A stretch of 64,000 nt of DNA from Akkermansiaceae bacterium. GTDB lineage: Bacteria > Verrucomicrobiota > Verrucomicrobiia > Verrucomicrobiales > Akkermansiaceae. The notes beneath the pieces are model-generated. The model searched no databases. It was given only the letters and a program-made list of their open reading frames with translations, and was not told the DNA's origin. Position numbers and translations under genes: made by a program. Every line of letters begins with the position of its first letter. Position 1 is the first letter of the stretch. Below are positions 24,780-36,583 of this stretch, piece after piece. Location: the NCBI GenBank assembly GCA_051251915.1, contig JBPOGF010000003.1, forward strand, positions 128,001-192,000, written 5' to 3'.

Positions 24780-26165
24780 ATGATAGAGGTTAAGAAAATA
24801 TGTTGTATCGGAGCAGGCTATGTAGGTGGACCTACGATGGCTATGATAGCTGCTAAGTGTCCTGATATTGAAGTGAGTGTGGTGGACATTAATGAAGCTA
24901 GAATTGCCGCATGGAATTCTGATGAACTGCCGGTTTACGAGCCTGGTCTTGATGAGATAGTGCAGGGGTCTAGGGGTAAGAATTTGTTTTTCTCAACGAA
25001 GGTAGATGAAGCGATTGTGGATGCGGACATTATTTTTGTTTCTGTGGGTACGCCGACTAAGACTTATGGAGCTGGTGCAGGTAAAGCTGCTGATTTAGTT
25101 TACATTGAGGGTGCTGCTAGGATGATAGCTAAGGTTGCAAAGGGGCCTAAGATTATAGTGGAGAAAAGTACGATTCCTGTGAGGACCGCAGAGGCGCTAA
25201 AGACTATCCTAGAGGCGAACTCTGAAGAGGGGTCTTTTCAGGTGCTTTCGAATCCGGAATTTCTTGCAGAGGGGACAGCGATCGATGATTTAAGTTCTCC
25301 AGATAGAATTTTGATAGGAGGTGACCCATGTGCTGAGGGACAAGCGGCGGTAGCCGCATTGGCGAGTGTGTATGGAACATGGATTCCGGATGAGCGGATT
25401 ATTAGGACGAATTTATGGTCATCTGAGTTATCTAAACTGGTAGCGAATGCGTTTTTGGCGCAGCGAATTTCTTCGATCAATTCGATTTCTGCTCTTTGTG
25501 AAAGGACTGAGGCTGATGTTGACGAGGTGGCGAATGCGATAGGGATGGATTCAAGGATTGGGCCTAAGTTTTTGAAAGCGTCAGTTGGCTTTGGTGGTTC
25601 TTGTTTTCAGAAAGACCTATTAAACTTGGTTTATCTGAGCGGTCACTTTGGGTTGCCTGAGGTTGCTGATTACTGGCAGGCGGTCATTAATATGAATGAG
25701 TGGCAGAAGGAAAGATTTTCAACGAAGATTGTGCAGACGTTATTTAATACTGTAAGAGGTAAGAAAATAGGGATCTGGGGGTTTGCATTTAAGAAGGATA
25801 CGAATGATACACGAGAGTCTGCAGCGATCTATGTTTGTCGAGATCTTATCGCGGAGGGGGCTAATGTCGCGATCTACGATCCGCAAGTGGGAGCAGAGCA
25901 GATTTTGTTTGATCTGGAATATTTGGGGATTGAGCGTGAGCAATTAGAGAAGCAAATTACGTTTTGTGATTCGTGTGAAGAAGCAGCTAAAGACGCTCAC
26001 GGAGTGGCTGTTCTTACTGAATGGGATGAGTTTAAGACGGTTGATTATAAGAAGATTTATGATGAAATGTTTAAGCCTGCATTCTTATTTGATGGTCGAA
26101 ATATTATAGATGCTTCTGCAGTTAGGAAAGTTGGGTTTAATTTTTACTCAATTGGAAAAGGTTAA
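24780..26165 (+). CDS. ugd: UDP-glucose 6-dehydrogenase
   Basis: [47 protein letters not shown]. Confidence 0.95.
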   Translation: MIEVKKICCIGAGYVGGPTMAMIAAKCPDIEVSVVDINEARIAAWNSDELPVYEPGLDEIVQGSRGKNLFFSTKVDEAIVDADIIFVSVGTPTKTYGAGAGKAADLVYIEGAARMIAKVAKGPKIIVEKSTIPVRTAEALKTILEANSEEGSFQVLSNPEFLAEGTAIDDLSSPDRILIGGDPCAEGQAAVAALASVYGTWIPDERIIRTNLWSSELSKLVANAFLAQRISSINSISALCERTEADVDEVANAIGMDSRIGPKFLKASVGFGGSCFQKDLLNLVYLSGHFGLPEVADYWQAVINMNEWQKERFSTKIVQTLFNTVRGKKIGIWGFAFKKDTNDTRESAAIYVCRDLIAEGANVAIYDPQVGAEQILFDLEYLGIEREQLEKQITFCDSCEEAAKDAHGVAVLTEWDEFKTVDYKKIYDEMFKPAFLFDGRNIIDASAVRKVGFNFYSIGKG

Positions 26166-26179
26166 TAGAAAATAGAAGA

Positions 26180-27121
26180 ATGTCGAAGAAAATACTAATT
26201 ACGGGTGGAGCTGGATTCTTAGGGTCAAACCTATGTGAGCGACTGTTGAATGAAGGAAATAAAATTTATTGTTTAGATAATTTTTATACAGGGTTTAAGA
26301 AAAATGTTGCACATCTGTTAGATCATCCGGATTTTGAGATGATCGAACATGATGTGGTTGAGCCGTTTGATAAGTTAAATCTCGATGTGGATCAGATTTA
26401 TAATTTAGCGTGTCCCGCATCACCGCCACATTATCAGCAAGATCCATTGTTTACAACGAAGACGTCGATTTTTGGCGTGATCAATTGTCTTGAGTTGGCG
26501 AGAAAGAATGGAGCTAGAGTATTCCAGGCCTCTACATCAGAAGTGTATGGAGATCCACTGGTGCATCCTCAGCCAGAGAGTTACTGGGGTAGTGTGAATC
26601 CAATCGGGATTCGATCTTGTTATGATGAGGGTAAGCGTGTTGGCGAGACGTTGATGTTTGATTATCATCGTCAGCATGGTGTTGATATCCGAATCGTTAG
26701 AATTTTTAATACCTATGGACCTAGAATGAATCCAGAGGATGGTCGTGTGGTTTCTAACTTTATCGTGCAGGCTCTGAGAGGTGAAAATATCACTATTTAT
26801 GGAGATGGTGAGCAGACTCGTTCATTCTGCTATGTGGATGATCTATTAGAAGGTTTTGTTAGACTGATGAATCAGGATGAAACCACAGGGCCGATCAATA
26901 TAGGAAATCCAGGAGAATTTACCATGCTGGAGTTAGCAGAGAAAATTTTGGAAAAAGTAGACAGCAAATCAACTCTCACATTTCATCCCCTACCAGGAGA
27001 TGATCCTAAGCAACGAAAGCCAGATATTACCCTAGCTAAGAAGTTTTTGGATTGGGAGCCTAAGGTTAATCTAGACGGGGGCCTAGATAAAGCCATCGCT
27101 TATTTTAGTTCCGTTATTTAA
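26180..27121 (+). CDS. uxs: UDP-glucuronate decarboxylase (UDP-xylose synthase)
   Basis: [49 protein letters not shown]. Confidence 0.92.
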   Translation: MSKKILITGGAGFLGSNLCERLLNEGNKIYCLDNFYTGFKKNVAHLLDHPDFEMIEHDVVEPFDKLNLDVDQIYNLACPASPPHYQQDPLFTTKTSIFGVINCLELARKNGARVFQASTSEVYGDPLVHPQPESYWGSVNPIGIRSCYDEGKRVGETLMFDYHRQHGVDIRIVRIFNTYGPRMNPEDGRVVSNFIVQALRGENITIYGDGEQTRSFCYVDDLLEGFVRLMNQDETTGPINIGNPGEFTMLELAEKILEKVDSKSTLTFHPLPGDDPKQRKPDITLAKKFLDWEPKVNLDGGLDKAIAYFSSVI

Positions 27122-27137
27122 TTTCTATACAAGACTT

Positions 27138-28217
27138 ATGAAACGAATATTCATTTCAGGTTGTTACGATATTATCCATGCTGGTCATATCCAGTTTTTT
27201 GAAGAGGCTAGGGCCTTAGGCGATCATCTTACGGTATGCTTTGCATCAGATGATGTGCTTTGGGAGCATAAACAACGCAGGAGTTCACTGCCCGAGGATC
27301 ATAAGGAGGCTCTGTTACGTGAGCTCAGGGTAGTAGATGATGTTGTTGTTGGTCGCAATTCTGAGTTAGGATTGGATTTCAAAGATCATTTTTTGGAGAT
27401 CAAACCGGACTATTTAGTGGTCACGGAGGATGATAATTATGCTCAGATCAAGAAAGATCTATGTGCTGAGATCGGAGCTATCTATAAAGTGTTACCGAAA
27501 ACGCCACCGAGATTTGCTCCTGTGTCTACCTCTGGTATCGTGCGCTGGGTGAAGGCTCCTACAGAGGCACCGCTTCGTGTGGATTTTGCTGGTGGCTGGT
27601 TAGACGTCCCGCGTCATTCTCTAGCTGGTAAGTTTATAGTGAACTGCACTATTTCACCTTTGGTGAGTCTGAGGAAATGGGATTATGAGAAGAAGTCAGG
27701 TCTAGGAGGTAGTGGAGCATGGGCTCTACTCAATGGTCGTGACGGTGTAGAAGCAGAATTAGATCTAGGCGTAGGTTGGCAAGACCCAGCAGTGATCAAA
27801 GAGACTGGTCTATGTGTCTGGCGAAGTGGGCAGATGCCGGAATTGGACTTCAAAAGAAATGGAGGCATGCTCGAAGGAAAGATGGCTATTCTCTGGACTG
27901 GTAGTGATCATGATACCCCAGGAGCGGTGGATCTAGAGAGAAACTACGCGAAGATCGCAGACTCTGCTGACCTAGCGCGTGAAGGAGTCTTAGCTGCAGA
28001 CATTCTTAAACTATCTGAGGGTGTGAGCTTGTATTACGAAATGCAACTCGAAGAAAAAATGACTCCCCTACGAGTTATCGATGGAGAGATTGCAAAAAAA
28101 TACTGTGGCGGCGGTTTCGGTGGCTACGCATTGTATTTATTCGAATCTAAAGTAGCTCGAGACACAGCTGTAAATGCTATTGTAGAACTTAGAGTTGTAG
28201 AACCTTATATCAAATAA
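27138..28217 (+). CDS. Cytidylyltransferase-like (HxGH) domain fused to GHMP-kinase-like domain
   Basis: N-terminal [11 protein letters not shown]-terminal [33 protein letters not shown]. Confidence 0.75.
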   Translation: MKRIFISGCYDIIHAGHIQFFEEARALGDHLTVCFASDDVLWEHKQRRSSLPEDHKEALLRELRVVDDVVVGRNSELGLDFKDHFLEIKPDYLVVTEDDNYAQIKKDLCAEIGAIYKVLPKTPPRFAPVSTSGIVRWVKAPTEAPLRVDFAGGWLDVPRHSLAGKFIVNCTISPLVSLRKWDYEKKSGLGGSGAWALLNGRDGVEAELDLGVGWQDPAVIKETGLCVWRSGQMPELDFKRNGGMLEGKMAILWTGSDHDTPGAVDLERNYAKIADSADLAREGVLAADILKLSEGVSLYYEMQLEEKMTPLRVIDGEIAKKYCGGGFGGYALYLFESKVARDTAVNAIVELRVVEPYIK

Positions 28218-28219
28218 AA

Positions 28220-29341
28220 ATGACTATGAAAAAAGCACTAATCACAGGTGTAACTGGACAAGACGGATCTTATTTAGCTGAGTTCCTGTTAGAAAAAGGT
28301 TACGAAGTTCACGGTATTAAGCGAAGAGCATCTTCTTTCAATACCCAGAGAGTGGATCATATCTATCAAGATCCACATATTGAGAACTCTAGATTCCATC
28401 TTCATTATGGCGATCTAACAGATTCTTCAAACCTTACTCGTATTCTTAGCGAAGTACAACCTGATGAAGTCTATAACTTAGGAGCTCAGTCCCATGTAGC
28501 TGTTTCATTTGAATCACCGGAATACACAGCGGATGTAGATGCAATCGGCACTCTACGTTTGTTAGAGGCGATCCGCTTCTTAGGTTTGGAGAAGAAGACT
28601 AAGTTTTATCAAGCGTCGACCTCGGAACTTTATGGTGAAGTGCAGGAGATTCCGCAAAAGGAGACAACTCCGTTCCACCCACGTTCGCCTTACGCGGTGG
28701 CAAAAATGTATGCGTATTGGATCGCTGTGAATTATCGTGAATCCTACGGCATCTATGCTTGTAATGGGATTCTATTCAACCACGAGTCACCGAGACGTGG
28801 AGAAACATTTGTAACCAGAAAAATAACGCGTGCGCTCGCTAATATTTCACAAGGTCTAGAGAAATGCCTCTACTTAGGAAACATGGATGCACTACGTGAC
28901 TGGGGACACGCGAAGGACTACGTTCGGATGCAGTGGATGATGTTGCAACAAGATGCTCCAGAAGATTTTGTGATTGCGACAGGTAAACAGATTTCGGTGA
29001 GAGAATTTGTTAAAATGAGCGCTTCGGAAGCTGGTATTGAGTTAGCGTTTACTGGAGAAGGTGTGGACGAGATAGCCACGGTGACAAAGGTTGACAAATC
29101 GATCGCTAATTCAGTGGAAGTGGGTGATGTCATTGTGAAAGTGGATACTCGTTACTTTAGACCTGCAGAAGTAGAGACTCTCTTGGGAGATCCTACTAAG
29201 GCAAAAGAAAAGTTGGGATGGGTACCTGAGATTACTGTGGAGGAAATGTGTGCGGAGATGGTGGCAAATGATATTGATCACGCACGTAGACACGCTCTCT
29301 TGAAATCTCACGGACACGCAGTATCTGTGGCAGTAGAATAA
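28220..29341 (+). CDS. gmd: GDP-mannose 4,6-dehydratase
   Basis: [49 protein letters not shown]. Confidence 0.96.
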   Translation: MTMKKALITGVTGQDGSYLAEFLLEKGYEVHGIKRRASSFNTQRVDHIYQDPHIENSRFHLHYGDLTDSSNLTRILSEVQPDEVYNLGAQSHVAVSFESPEYTADVDAIGTLRLLEAIRFLGLEKKTKFYQASTSELYGEVQEIPQKETTPFHPRSPYAVAKMYAYWIAVNYRESYGIYACNGILFNHESPRRGETFVTRKITRALANISQGLEKCLYLGNMDALRDWGHAKDYVRMQWMMLQQDAPEDFVIATGKQISVREFVKMSASEAGIELAFTGEGVDEIATVTKVDKSIANSVEVGDVIVKVDTRYFRPAEVETLLGDPTKAKEKLGWVPEITVEEMCAEMVANDIDHARRHALLKSHGHAVSVAVE

Positions 29342-29349
29342 CTTGAATC

Positions 29350-30294
29350 ATGAGCAAAAAGTTACTTATATTTGGTGCAAGAGGTATGGTGGGATCAGCG
29401 CTTGTGAGAGCAGCTGAAGCGCGGGGTGTGACAGAGACTTTGACACCTACGAGTGCGGAGTTGGATTTATGTAATCAAGCGGACACTGAGGCTTACCTAG
29501 CAGAGCATCAACCAGACGAAGTTATCGTTGCTGCGGCTAAGGTGGGTGGGATCCATGCGAATAGCACTTATCCAGCTGACTTTATTTACATCAACTTGAT
29601 GATTGCTGCGAATACGATACATGGCTCATTTAAGGCGGGGGTGAAACGGTTACTATTTTTAGGAAGTTCATGTATTTATCCGAAGTTAGCACCACAACCA
29701 ATGGCAGAGTCGTGCCTTCTGACTAGTGATCTAGAGCCTACGAATGAAGCTTATGCAATTGCTAAGATAGCAGGCTTGAAGCTGTGTGAATTTTACCGCA
29801 AGCAATACGGAGTGCTCTACCATTCTGCGATGCCGACCAATCTTTATGGGCCTGGTGATAATTATCATCCTGAGAACTCACATGTTATCCCAGCTATGAT
29901 TAGACGGTTTCATGAGGCGAAGGTGGCAGGTCTGGATATGGTGCAGATCTGGGGGACAGGAACACCGAAGAGAGAATTTCTTTATGTGGAAGATTTAGCA
30001 GATGCTTGCTTCCATTTACTTGATCTAGATTCACCGCCAGATTTGGTAAATATGGGCTATGGTGATGATGTGAGTATTTTAGAGTTAGCGAAGACGGTGG
30101 CGAAGACGGTGGGTTTTGAAGGTGAGATCACTACTGATCCTAGCAAGCCTGATGGGACTCCTAGGAAGTTGATGGATAACGCTATTCTGCGATCATTGAA
30201 CTGGTCACCCAACATTGAGCTAGAACAAGGTCTGGTAAAAGCTTATGAAGATTTTAAAACATCATACAGTAACGAAACTATCAGATCGAAGTAA
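29350..30294 (+). CDS. fcl: GDP-L-fucose synthase
   Basis: [46 protein letters not shown]. Confidence 0.95.
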   Translation: MSKKLLIFGARGMVGSALVRAAEARGVTETLTPTSAELDLCNQADTEAYLAEHQPDEVIVAAAKVGGIHANSTYPADFIYINLMIAANTIHGSFKAGVKRLLFLGSSCIYPKLAPQPMAESCLLTSDLEPTNEAYAIAKIAGLKLCEFYRKQYGVLYHSAMPTNLYGPGDNYHPENSHVIPAMIRRFHEAKVAGLDMVQIWGTGTPKREFLYVEDLADACFHLLDLDSPPDLVNMGYGDDVSILELAKTVAKTVGFEGEITTDPSKPDGTPRKLMDNAILRSLNWSPNIELEQGLVKAYEDFKTSYSNETIRSK

Positions 30295-30372
30295 GGCTAT
30301 AGGTTGAGATATAGAAAGTAGTCAGAGAAAAGGTCTAAGTGACACATTGTTAAATTATTAATAATTCCTAAA

Positions 30373-31128
30373 GTGACTCCATTACAAACAGTAAAAGTTC
30401 TCAACCTAGACATTGCGGTTGTGACCAAGAGCTCTGCAGCTGCACAGGCAGAGTCATGGGCCATGAAGGGTGATCGCGCTTATGCGATCGAAGCGGCAGA
30501 TGTACATGTTGTCACACGAGCTCGACACGAGACTGCGTTTGGTCAATGCATGGATAAGTTTGACATGATCTGTCCAGATGGAATGCCCATACTATGGAGC
30601 GCAAACCGCCAGCTTGAAAAGGTGGATAGAATGCCAGACAGAGTGTGTGGAGCAGATTTGATGCAGGAGGTGATGAGTCAAACTACAAAGAAGAGATCCG
30701 GTAGTCATTTTCTGTTAGGAGGTAAAGAAAGTACGCTTGCCACTTTGGAAGAAACATTACCTATAAAAGTAGCAGGAGTAGAAATAGCTGGCAGTTATTC
30801 ACCTCCGTTCGGTGAGTGGCCATCGGATGAGTTCGAACGAATTTGTAGTAAGATCATAGCATCCGGTGCTTCTCATATTTGGGTTGGGCTGGGGTGCCCA
30901 AAGCAAGAACGTTGGATCTCTGAGTACAAAGCCAAACTCCCTGCTGGTTGTTATTATGGTGTGGGGGCGGCCTTTGCATTTCATGCAGGTGAAATACCTA
31001 GAGCACCACGGGTGTTTCAAAAGACAGGAACGGAGTGGTTATACCGTCTGGTTAGAGAGCCCCGGAGGCTTTGGAGACGTTATTTTACGTACAATAGCTT
31101 ATTTATTAAATATACTTTTCTAGATTAA
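30373..31128 (+). CDS. WecB/TagA/CpsF family glycosyltransferase (GT26)
   Basis: PDGMP, RVCGADLM, VGLGCPKQE, GVGAAF, EWLYRL..EPRRLWRRY. Confidence 0.9.
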   Translation: MTPLQTVKVLNLDIAVVTKSSAAAQAESWAMKGDRAYAIEAADVHVVTRARHETAFGQCMDKFDMICPDGMPILWSANRQLEKVDRMPDRVCGADLMQEVMSQTTKKRSGSHFLLGGKESTLATLEETLPIKVAGVEIAGSYSPPFGEWPSDEFERICSKIIASGASHIWVGLGCPKQERWISEYKAKLPAGCYYGVGAAFAFHAGEIPRAPRVFQKTGTEWLYRLVREPRRLWRRYFTYNSLFIKYTFLD

Positions 31129-32126
31129 TGAAAAACAATCAGAATGTTCTAGTAGTTGGTGGAGCCGGCTACATTGGCAGTCATTGCGTGAGGCAACTTC
31201 TAAAAGCCGGCTATCAGCCTGTGATATTGGATAATTTAGTCTTTGGTCATCGCCAAAGTGTTCCAGAAAATGTTTCATTCGTGGAGGGTGATTTAGGGGA
31301 CAAGGAACTCGTAAAAGCTGTATTGAATGATCACGATATCGATGTGGTAATGCACTTTGCTGCTTATGCATTTGTGGGGGAATCTGTAGAAAAGCCGCTT
31401 AAGTACTATGAAAATAACGTGGGTAAAACCATAGCACTATTACAAACAATGTGTGAGAGTAATGTGAGGAAGTTCATATTTTCTTCTACTTGTGCTAGTT
31501 ATGGTATTCCAGAGACATTACCAATTAATGAAGAATTGTCCCAAGTGCCAATTAATCCATATGGACAAACGAAGCTGGATGTAGAAAATCTACTCAAATC
31601 TCTAGCGGCGAATAGCGAGATGTCTTCAGCAGTGTTTCGTTATTTCAATGCTGCTGGTGCGGCATCTGATGGTAGCATTGGTGAGCAGCATGATCCAGAA
31701 ACACACCTCATCCCCTTAGCCATTGAGGCCGCTACTGGTTTACGTCCAGCGCTTAAGGTATTTGGCACGGATTATGAGACTCCAGATGGAACGTGTTTGA
31801 GAGATTATGTGCATGTTGATGACTTGTCACGAGCTCATATTGCATCAATTAGCTTATTTGGCGAATCCGTCGGATTTAGGCATTACAATCTAGGAACTGG
31901 AAACCCGACGTCGGTAAAAGAAATTATCGATACCGTGGAGAAAGTCACAGGCTTACCTGTTCCTCACGAGAATGCGGCAAGACGAGCAGGAGATCCCCCT
32001 TCACTCTATGCTGATAGTCAGAAGGCTCGTCAAGAGCTCGGGTGGAAGCCGAAATTTACAACCATTGAGTCAATCATTGAGTCTGCTTGGTGTTGGCATA
32101 AAGCTCACCCTAAGGGGTTTGATTAA
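31128..32126 (+). CDS. galE: UDP-glucose 4-epimerase
   Basis: GGAGYIGSH, HFAAYAFVGES, PINPYGQTK, RYFNAAGA, DGTCLRDYVHV. Confidence 0.93.
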   Translation: MKNNQNVLVVGGAGYIGSHCVRQLLKAGYQPVILDNLVFGHRQSVPENVSFVEGDLGDKELVKAVLNDHDIDVVMHFAAYAFVGESVEKPLKYYENNVGKTIALLQTMCESNVRKFIFSSTCASYGIPETLPINEELSQVPINPYGQTKLDVENLLKSLAANSEMSSAVFRYFNAAGAASDGSIGEQHDPETHLIPLAIEAATGLRPALKVFGTDYETPDGTCLRDYVHVDDLSRAHIASISLFGESVGFRHYNLGTGNPTSVKEIIDTVEKVTGLPVPHENAARRAGDPPSLYADSQKARQELGWKPKFTTIESIIESAWCWHKAHPKGFD

Positions 32127-32169
32127 AGTAGAGACCTAGAATAGAGGCTGCGGACCAACATATTAAACA

Positions 32170-33342
32170 ATGACTATTACTGATAAACGACCCATAGATG
32201 CCCTTATAGTGGGGGCTGGTTTTGCTGGGCTTGTAGCAGCTGAGCAGCTGAGTAAAAAGCTCGGTTGGAAGTGCGTGGTGGTGGATCAGCGTGATCATAT
32301 TGGAGGGAATGCTTACGATTACTATGATGACGCTGGTGTTCTCGTTCATAAATACGGGCCTCATTACTTCCGCACTAATTCAGAAAAAATAGTAGCGTAC
32401 CTTAGCCAGTTCACTGAGTGGAGACCTGTTGATTATAAAGTGCATAGTTATACGGAAGGGCGCTATTGGAGCTTTCCTATCAATTTGAAAACATTTGAAC
32501 AATTGATTGGAAGGGAGTCAACCAGCGAGGAATTTGAGCAGTGGATGGAAGAGCATAGGGAAAAGATTGAGAACCCACAGAACTCAGAAGAAGTCATTAC
32601 CTCTCAAGTAGGATATGAACTATACGAGAAGTTTTTTAAAGGATACACTATTAAGCAATGGAAGAAACATCCAAGGGAGCTAGACAAGAGTGTGTGTGGA
32701 CGCATACCGATACGGACTAATCGTGATGATCGGTACTTGCGCGAATCGTTTCAGGCTTTGCCTGCTAATGGATATACAGCTTTATTTGACAACATAGTAA
32801 AATCGAGTCTAGGTGTTGAAGTGAAGCTTTCAACAAGCCTCGAACTAGCGAAGGAGGTTTATCAATGGACGCATTTGGTCTACACGGGTCCAATTGATGC
32901 TTACTTTGATAATTGCTTAGGCAAATTACCTTATCGATCACTGCGTTTCGAGCATGAGAGTTTTGACTTAGTCGGTCTTAATGCACGTAGAGATATTTCG
33001 GGTAAATTAGGATATTGGCAACCAGAGATGCAGGTGAATTATCCATCAATTGATGTAGATTTCACACGAATTGTAGAAATCAAGCACGCAACGGGGCAAG
33101 AGATTGACACCACTACTATCGTTAAAGAATTTCCAGCAGATTACGAAGCAACAGGTGAGCCTTACTATCCTGTTCCTAATGAAGAATCGAAAAAGCTCTA
33201 TGAGCAATACAAGCAATTAGCTGAAAAGGAGCTTAACACGAGTTTTATTGGTCGCCTAGGCACTTATAAATACTACAACATGGATCAAGTTGTTGGAATG
33301 GCGTTGAAAGAATGTGAGAAAATTGAAGAGCAGTATGGGTAG
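32170..33342 (+). CDS. glf: UDP-galactopyranose mutase
   Basis: IVGAGFAG, HIGGNAYD, HKYGPHYF, LPYRSLRF, EPYYPVP, GRLGTYKYYNMDQ. Confidence 0.95.
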   Translation: MTITDKRPIDALIVGAGFAGLVAAEQLSKKLGWKCVVVDQRDHIGGNAYDYYDDAGVLVHKYGPHYFRTNSEKIVAYLSQFTEWRPVDYKVHSYTEGRYWSFPINLKTFEQLIGRESTSEEFEQWMEEHREKIENPQNSEEVITSQVGYELYEKFFKGYTIKQWKKHPRELDKSVCGRIPIRTNRDDRYLRESFQALPANGYTALFDNIVKSSLGVEVKLSTSLELAKEVYQWTHLVYTGPIDAYFDNCLGKLPYRSLRFEHESFDLVGLNARRDISGKLGYWQPEMQVNYPSIDVDFTRIVEIKHATGQEIDTTTIVKEFPADYEATGEPYYPVPNEESKKLYEQYKQLAEKELNTSFIGRLGTYKYYNMDQVVGMALKECEKIEEQYG

Positions 33343-34438
33343 TGGACGAACGAACGTGCTACTTGCAACGCACATTGAGCCTGTGATCCATGGGCAAGCG
33401 GCTATGGCGAAGCAATTAGTGAGCATGTCAGAAGATTGGGAAGACATTAAACTCACAACTATCAATACGGTCTATGCAGAAAGCCGAGACGAATTAGGGA
33501 GCAAGGGCCTGAAGAAGATAAAGAGATTTCTCAAATATCGTAGAGAAATAATTAACAGAATTAGAGAAGAAGACATTTCTGTGCTAATACTTACCCCTGG
33601 CTTCTTTTTAGGAGCATTTATTAAAGATGCATTGTTGATAAGAGCGGTGAAAAAGAAAACCCAGGCGAAGGTGATCGCATGGGTACATATGGATCCCGCT
33701 CGATTGGAATTTGAAAATCGCTCTAGCATTTTTAAGAAATTTGCGATGCATACTATTGAGTTAGTAGACTTGTGGGTGGCTTGCGCTCCGAGCTTATTGA
33801 ATAGTTGGCCAAAATGGATAGCTGGTAAGAAGATTGCAATAGCTAATATTATCCCTGATCCGTTAAAAGGCATGATGATGGCTAGTCAACAAAATACATA
33901 TGATGTGATCCGAATAGGTTATCTTTCAGCAATGGATCCAGAAAAGGGTTGGCGAGATTTGTTTCAAGCGGCCCAATCCTTATGTGAGAAATATACTCAT
34001 CTAGAATTTGATTTTTACGGAGGAGTAGGTCAGCGTGAGACACAGGAGACAATGGAGAAAGTCTTTAGGGAGTCAGGATATACCGAGCGGATAAGGTGGC
34101 ATGGTGCTGTGTATGGAGAGGATAAAGCGAACGCTTATCGTTCTATGGATTTATTCATCTTTCCTTCACATACTGAGCAGTTTCCTTTAACAATTTTAGA
34201 AGCGATGGCATATGGATTACCTATCATTAGTACTGATGTAGGTGCGGTAAAAGATGCCCTAAATAGTCAAAATTTGATTTCTACTGCAAAACCAGACACA
34301 ATTGAATCAGCTATAATAGAGCGAATTACCGACCCTCGAAAGTTGGTCGTATCTGGACAAGGTAATCGCGAAAGATACGAACAATATTTCTCCGACACAG
34401 TCGTATCTCAACAGTGGTACAATACCTGCCGAGGTTAG
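33335..34438 (+). CDS. Glycosyltransferase family 4
   Basis: DLFIFPSHTEQFPLTILEAMAYGLPIISTDVG. Confidence 0.85.
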   Translation: MGSGRTNVLLATHIEPVIHGQAAMAKQLVSMSEDWEDIKLTTINTVYAESRDELGSKGLKKIKRFLKYRREIINRIREEDISVLILTPGFFLGAFIKDALLIRAVKKKTQAKVIAWVHMDPARLEFENRSSIFKKFAMHTIELVDLWVACAPSLLNSWPKWIAGKKIAIANIIPDPLKGMMMASQQNTYDVIRIGYLSAMDPEKGWRDLFQAAQSLCEKYTHLEFDFYGGVGQRETQETMEKVFRESGYTERIRWHGAVYGEDKANAYRSMDLFIFPSHTEQFPLTILEAMAYGLPIISTDVGAVKDALNSQNLISTAKPDTIESAIIERITDPRKLVVSGQGNRERYEQYFSDTVVSQQWYNTCRG

Positions 34439-34661
34439 AGTAAAGCTTGAAACTAGTCATATAATATAAAATAAATAATCTGTTTAACTCGCACATCTGT
34501 GGCCGAAGTAAGTTGTGCTGGAGGGTGATTTATTCGTATATGTATAAATAATATTCAGTTAATAAGTGATACTGTATATGGTTGGGTTACTAGTTCTACC
34601 GTATCTATAGTTAATGAGTAAGGTGAAAAAATCTAAATATTAATTAATAATTATAAAATCT

Positions 34662-35429
34662 ATGAAAGCAGTTATATTAGCAGGTGGTCTGGGAACGAGA
34701 CTCTCAGAAGAGACAAATATTAAACCAAAGCCAATGGTAGAAATTGGCGGGCGCCCTATACTATGGCACATACTAAAAATTTATAGTGATCATGGAATCA
34801 ATGATTTCGTTATTTGTGCTGGATATAAAGGATATGTCATAAAAGAGTATTTTGCCAACTACTTCCTTCATATGTCAGATGTGACTTTTGATATGGAATC
34901 TAATACCATGGAGGTACATAGAAAGAAAGCTGAACCATGGAAAATTACTGTAGTAGATACTGGTGACGGTACGATGACTGGTGGGCGAATAAAACGCATC
35001 AAGGACTATGTAGGAGATGAAACTTTTTGTTGCACCTACGGAGATGGAGTAGGTGATATAAATGTTACAGAACTAATCAAGAAACATAAGAGTAGCGGAC
35101 TAAAGGCAACTTTGACTGGAGTACAGCCTCCAGGACGTTTTGGGGCTCTTGTCATGGAGCAAGATAAGATCACGTCGTTCAAGGAGAAGCCACAAGGTGA
35201 CGGCTCTTGGATCAATGGCGGGTATTTTGTTCTAGAGCCTAGCGTGTTTGATTTAATTCAAGGAGATTCTACAATATGGGAGCGAGAGCCATTAGAAGTA
35301 CTTGCTGAAGATAAACAGTTAGGTATATTTAGGCATAAAGGTTTTTGGATGCCAATGGACACACTGCGTGATAAAAATGAGCTAGAAGCACTTTGGGATG
35401 GAGGTCAAGCACCTTGGAAAACTTGGTAA
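34662..35429 (+). CDS. rfbF: Glucose-1-phosphate cytidylyltransferase
   Basis: AVILAGGLGTRLSEET..KPKPMVEIG, TMTGGRIKR, GFWMPMDTLRDK. Confidence 0.95.
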   Translation: MKAVILAGGLGTRLSEETNIKPKPMVEIGGRPILWHILKIYSDHGINDFVICAGYKGYVIKEYFANYFLHMSDVTFDMESNTMEVHRKKAEPWKITVVDTGDGTMTGGRIKRIKDYVGDETFCCTYGDGVGDINVTELIKKHKSSGLKATLTGVQPPGRFGALVMEQDKITSFKEKPQGDGSWINGGYFVLEPSVFDLIQGDSTIWEREPLEVLAEDKQLGIFRHKGFWMPMDTLRDKNELEALWDGGQAPWKTW

Positions 35430-35454
35430 TATCATCAAAATAAGCACAGATCTA

Positions 35455-36564
35455 ATGGCATTCCATTCACAATATTCAGGAAAAAAAGTAATTCTCACAG
35501 GTCACACTGGTTTCAAAGGGAGTTGGATGGCCGAGTGGCTAACAATTTTAGGTGCAAAAGTTTATGGCTTTGCCTTAGATCCTTTGCCAGAGGCTATTTT
35601 TTATGACCAACTAGGTTTAAATAAGAGCTTGGCAGGTGATGTCCGTGCGGACATCCGTGACTACGATGCGCTTAAGAAACTGATTGGCGAGGTAGATCCA
35701 GATTTTATTTTCCATTTAGCAGCGCAGCCGCTAGTCCGTTATTCTTATGATATTCCGGTAGAAACATTTGCTGTGAATGTGATGGGATCTATTCATCTCA
35801 TGGAAGCGGTGAGAGAGACAGGTATAGCATGTACCGTTGTCATGATCACGACTGATAAATGTTATGAGAATAGGGAATGGCTTCATGCTTATAGGGAAGA
35901 AGAGGCGATGGGGGGCTATGATCCCTATAGCGCTAGTAAGGGGGCTGCAGAAATAGCCATTTCATCGTATCGCAGGTCATTTTTCAGTTCGGAGGATGGA
36001 AAGGTGAAGGTGGTATCAGCTAGAGCTGGTAATGTCATTGGTGGGGGTGATTGGGCCCAAGACAGAATCATACCTGATTGTATTAAGGCGATTAAGAAGG
36101 GTGAGCATATTGCGGTTAGGAACAAGATCGCGACACGACCATGGCAGCACGTGCTAGAACCTATTTCTGGTTACCTCTGGCTAGGTGCGGTCATCGATAA
36201 TCCAGCACTTGTGGGTCGAGATTGCGCAGAGGAGCTAATAGGAGGGTTTAATTTTGGTCCAGCATTGACTTCAAACAAGACTGTTGAACAGTTGGTTGTC
36301 GAGCTGCTGAAACATTGTCCGGGAGATTGGAAAGATTGTTCAGATCCTGATGCTGTACACGAGGCTTCCAAGCTAAATTTAGCGATAGACAAGGCGTTCC
36401 ACTTGCTTGAGTGGCGACCAGTTTGGGGATTTGAGGAGACAATTGACAAAACAGCCTCTTGGTATAGAGATGCGGAAGAGTCAGATATACCCACTTACAC
36501 CAGATCACAAATAGAACAATATACAGCAGATGCTGCACGTTTAGCGCTCAATTGGAGCAAGTAA
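35455..36564 (+). CDS. rfbG: CDP-glucose 4,6-dehydratase
   Basis: TGHTGFKGSW, HLAAQPLVR, DPYSASK, RAGNVIGGGDW, RPWQHVLEP. Confidence 0.95.
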   Translation: MAFHSQYSGKKVILTGHTGFKGSWMAEWLTILGAKVYGFALDPLPEAIFYDQLGLNKSLAGDVRADIRDYDALKKLIGEVDPDFIFHLAAQPLVRYSYDIPVETFAVNVMGSIHLMEAVRETGIACTVVMITTDKCYENREWLHAYREEEAMGGYDPYSASKGAAEIAISSYRRSFFSSEDGKVKVVSARAGNVIGGGDWAQDRIIPDCIKAIKKGEHIAVRNKIATRPWQHVLEPISGYLWLGAVIDNPALVGRDCAEELIGGFNFGPALTSNKTVEQLVVELLKHCPGDWKDCSDPDAVHEASKLNLAIDKAFHLLEWRPVWGFEETIDKTASWYRDAEESDIPTYTRSQIEQYTADAARLALNWSK

Positions 36565-36583
36565 TTTTAGAATAATAAACCGT

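Noticed and set aside
34439..34661. AT-rich gap within the glycan locus as an IS scar
   Set aside because: No inverted repeats or transposase fragment are seen; it is more simply a module junction or internal promoter region.
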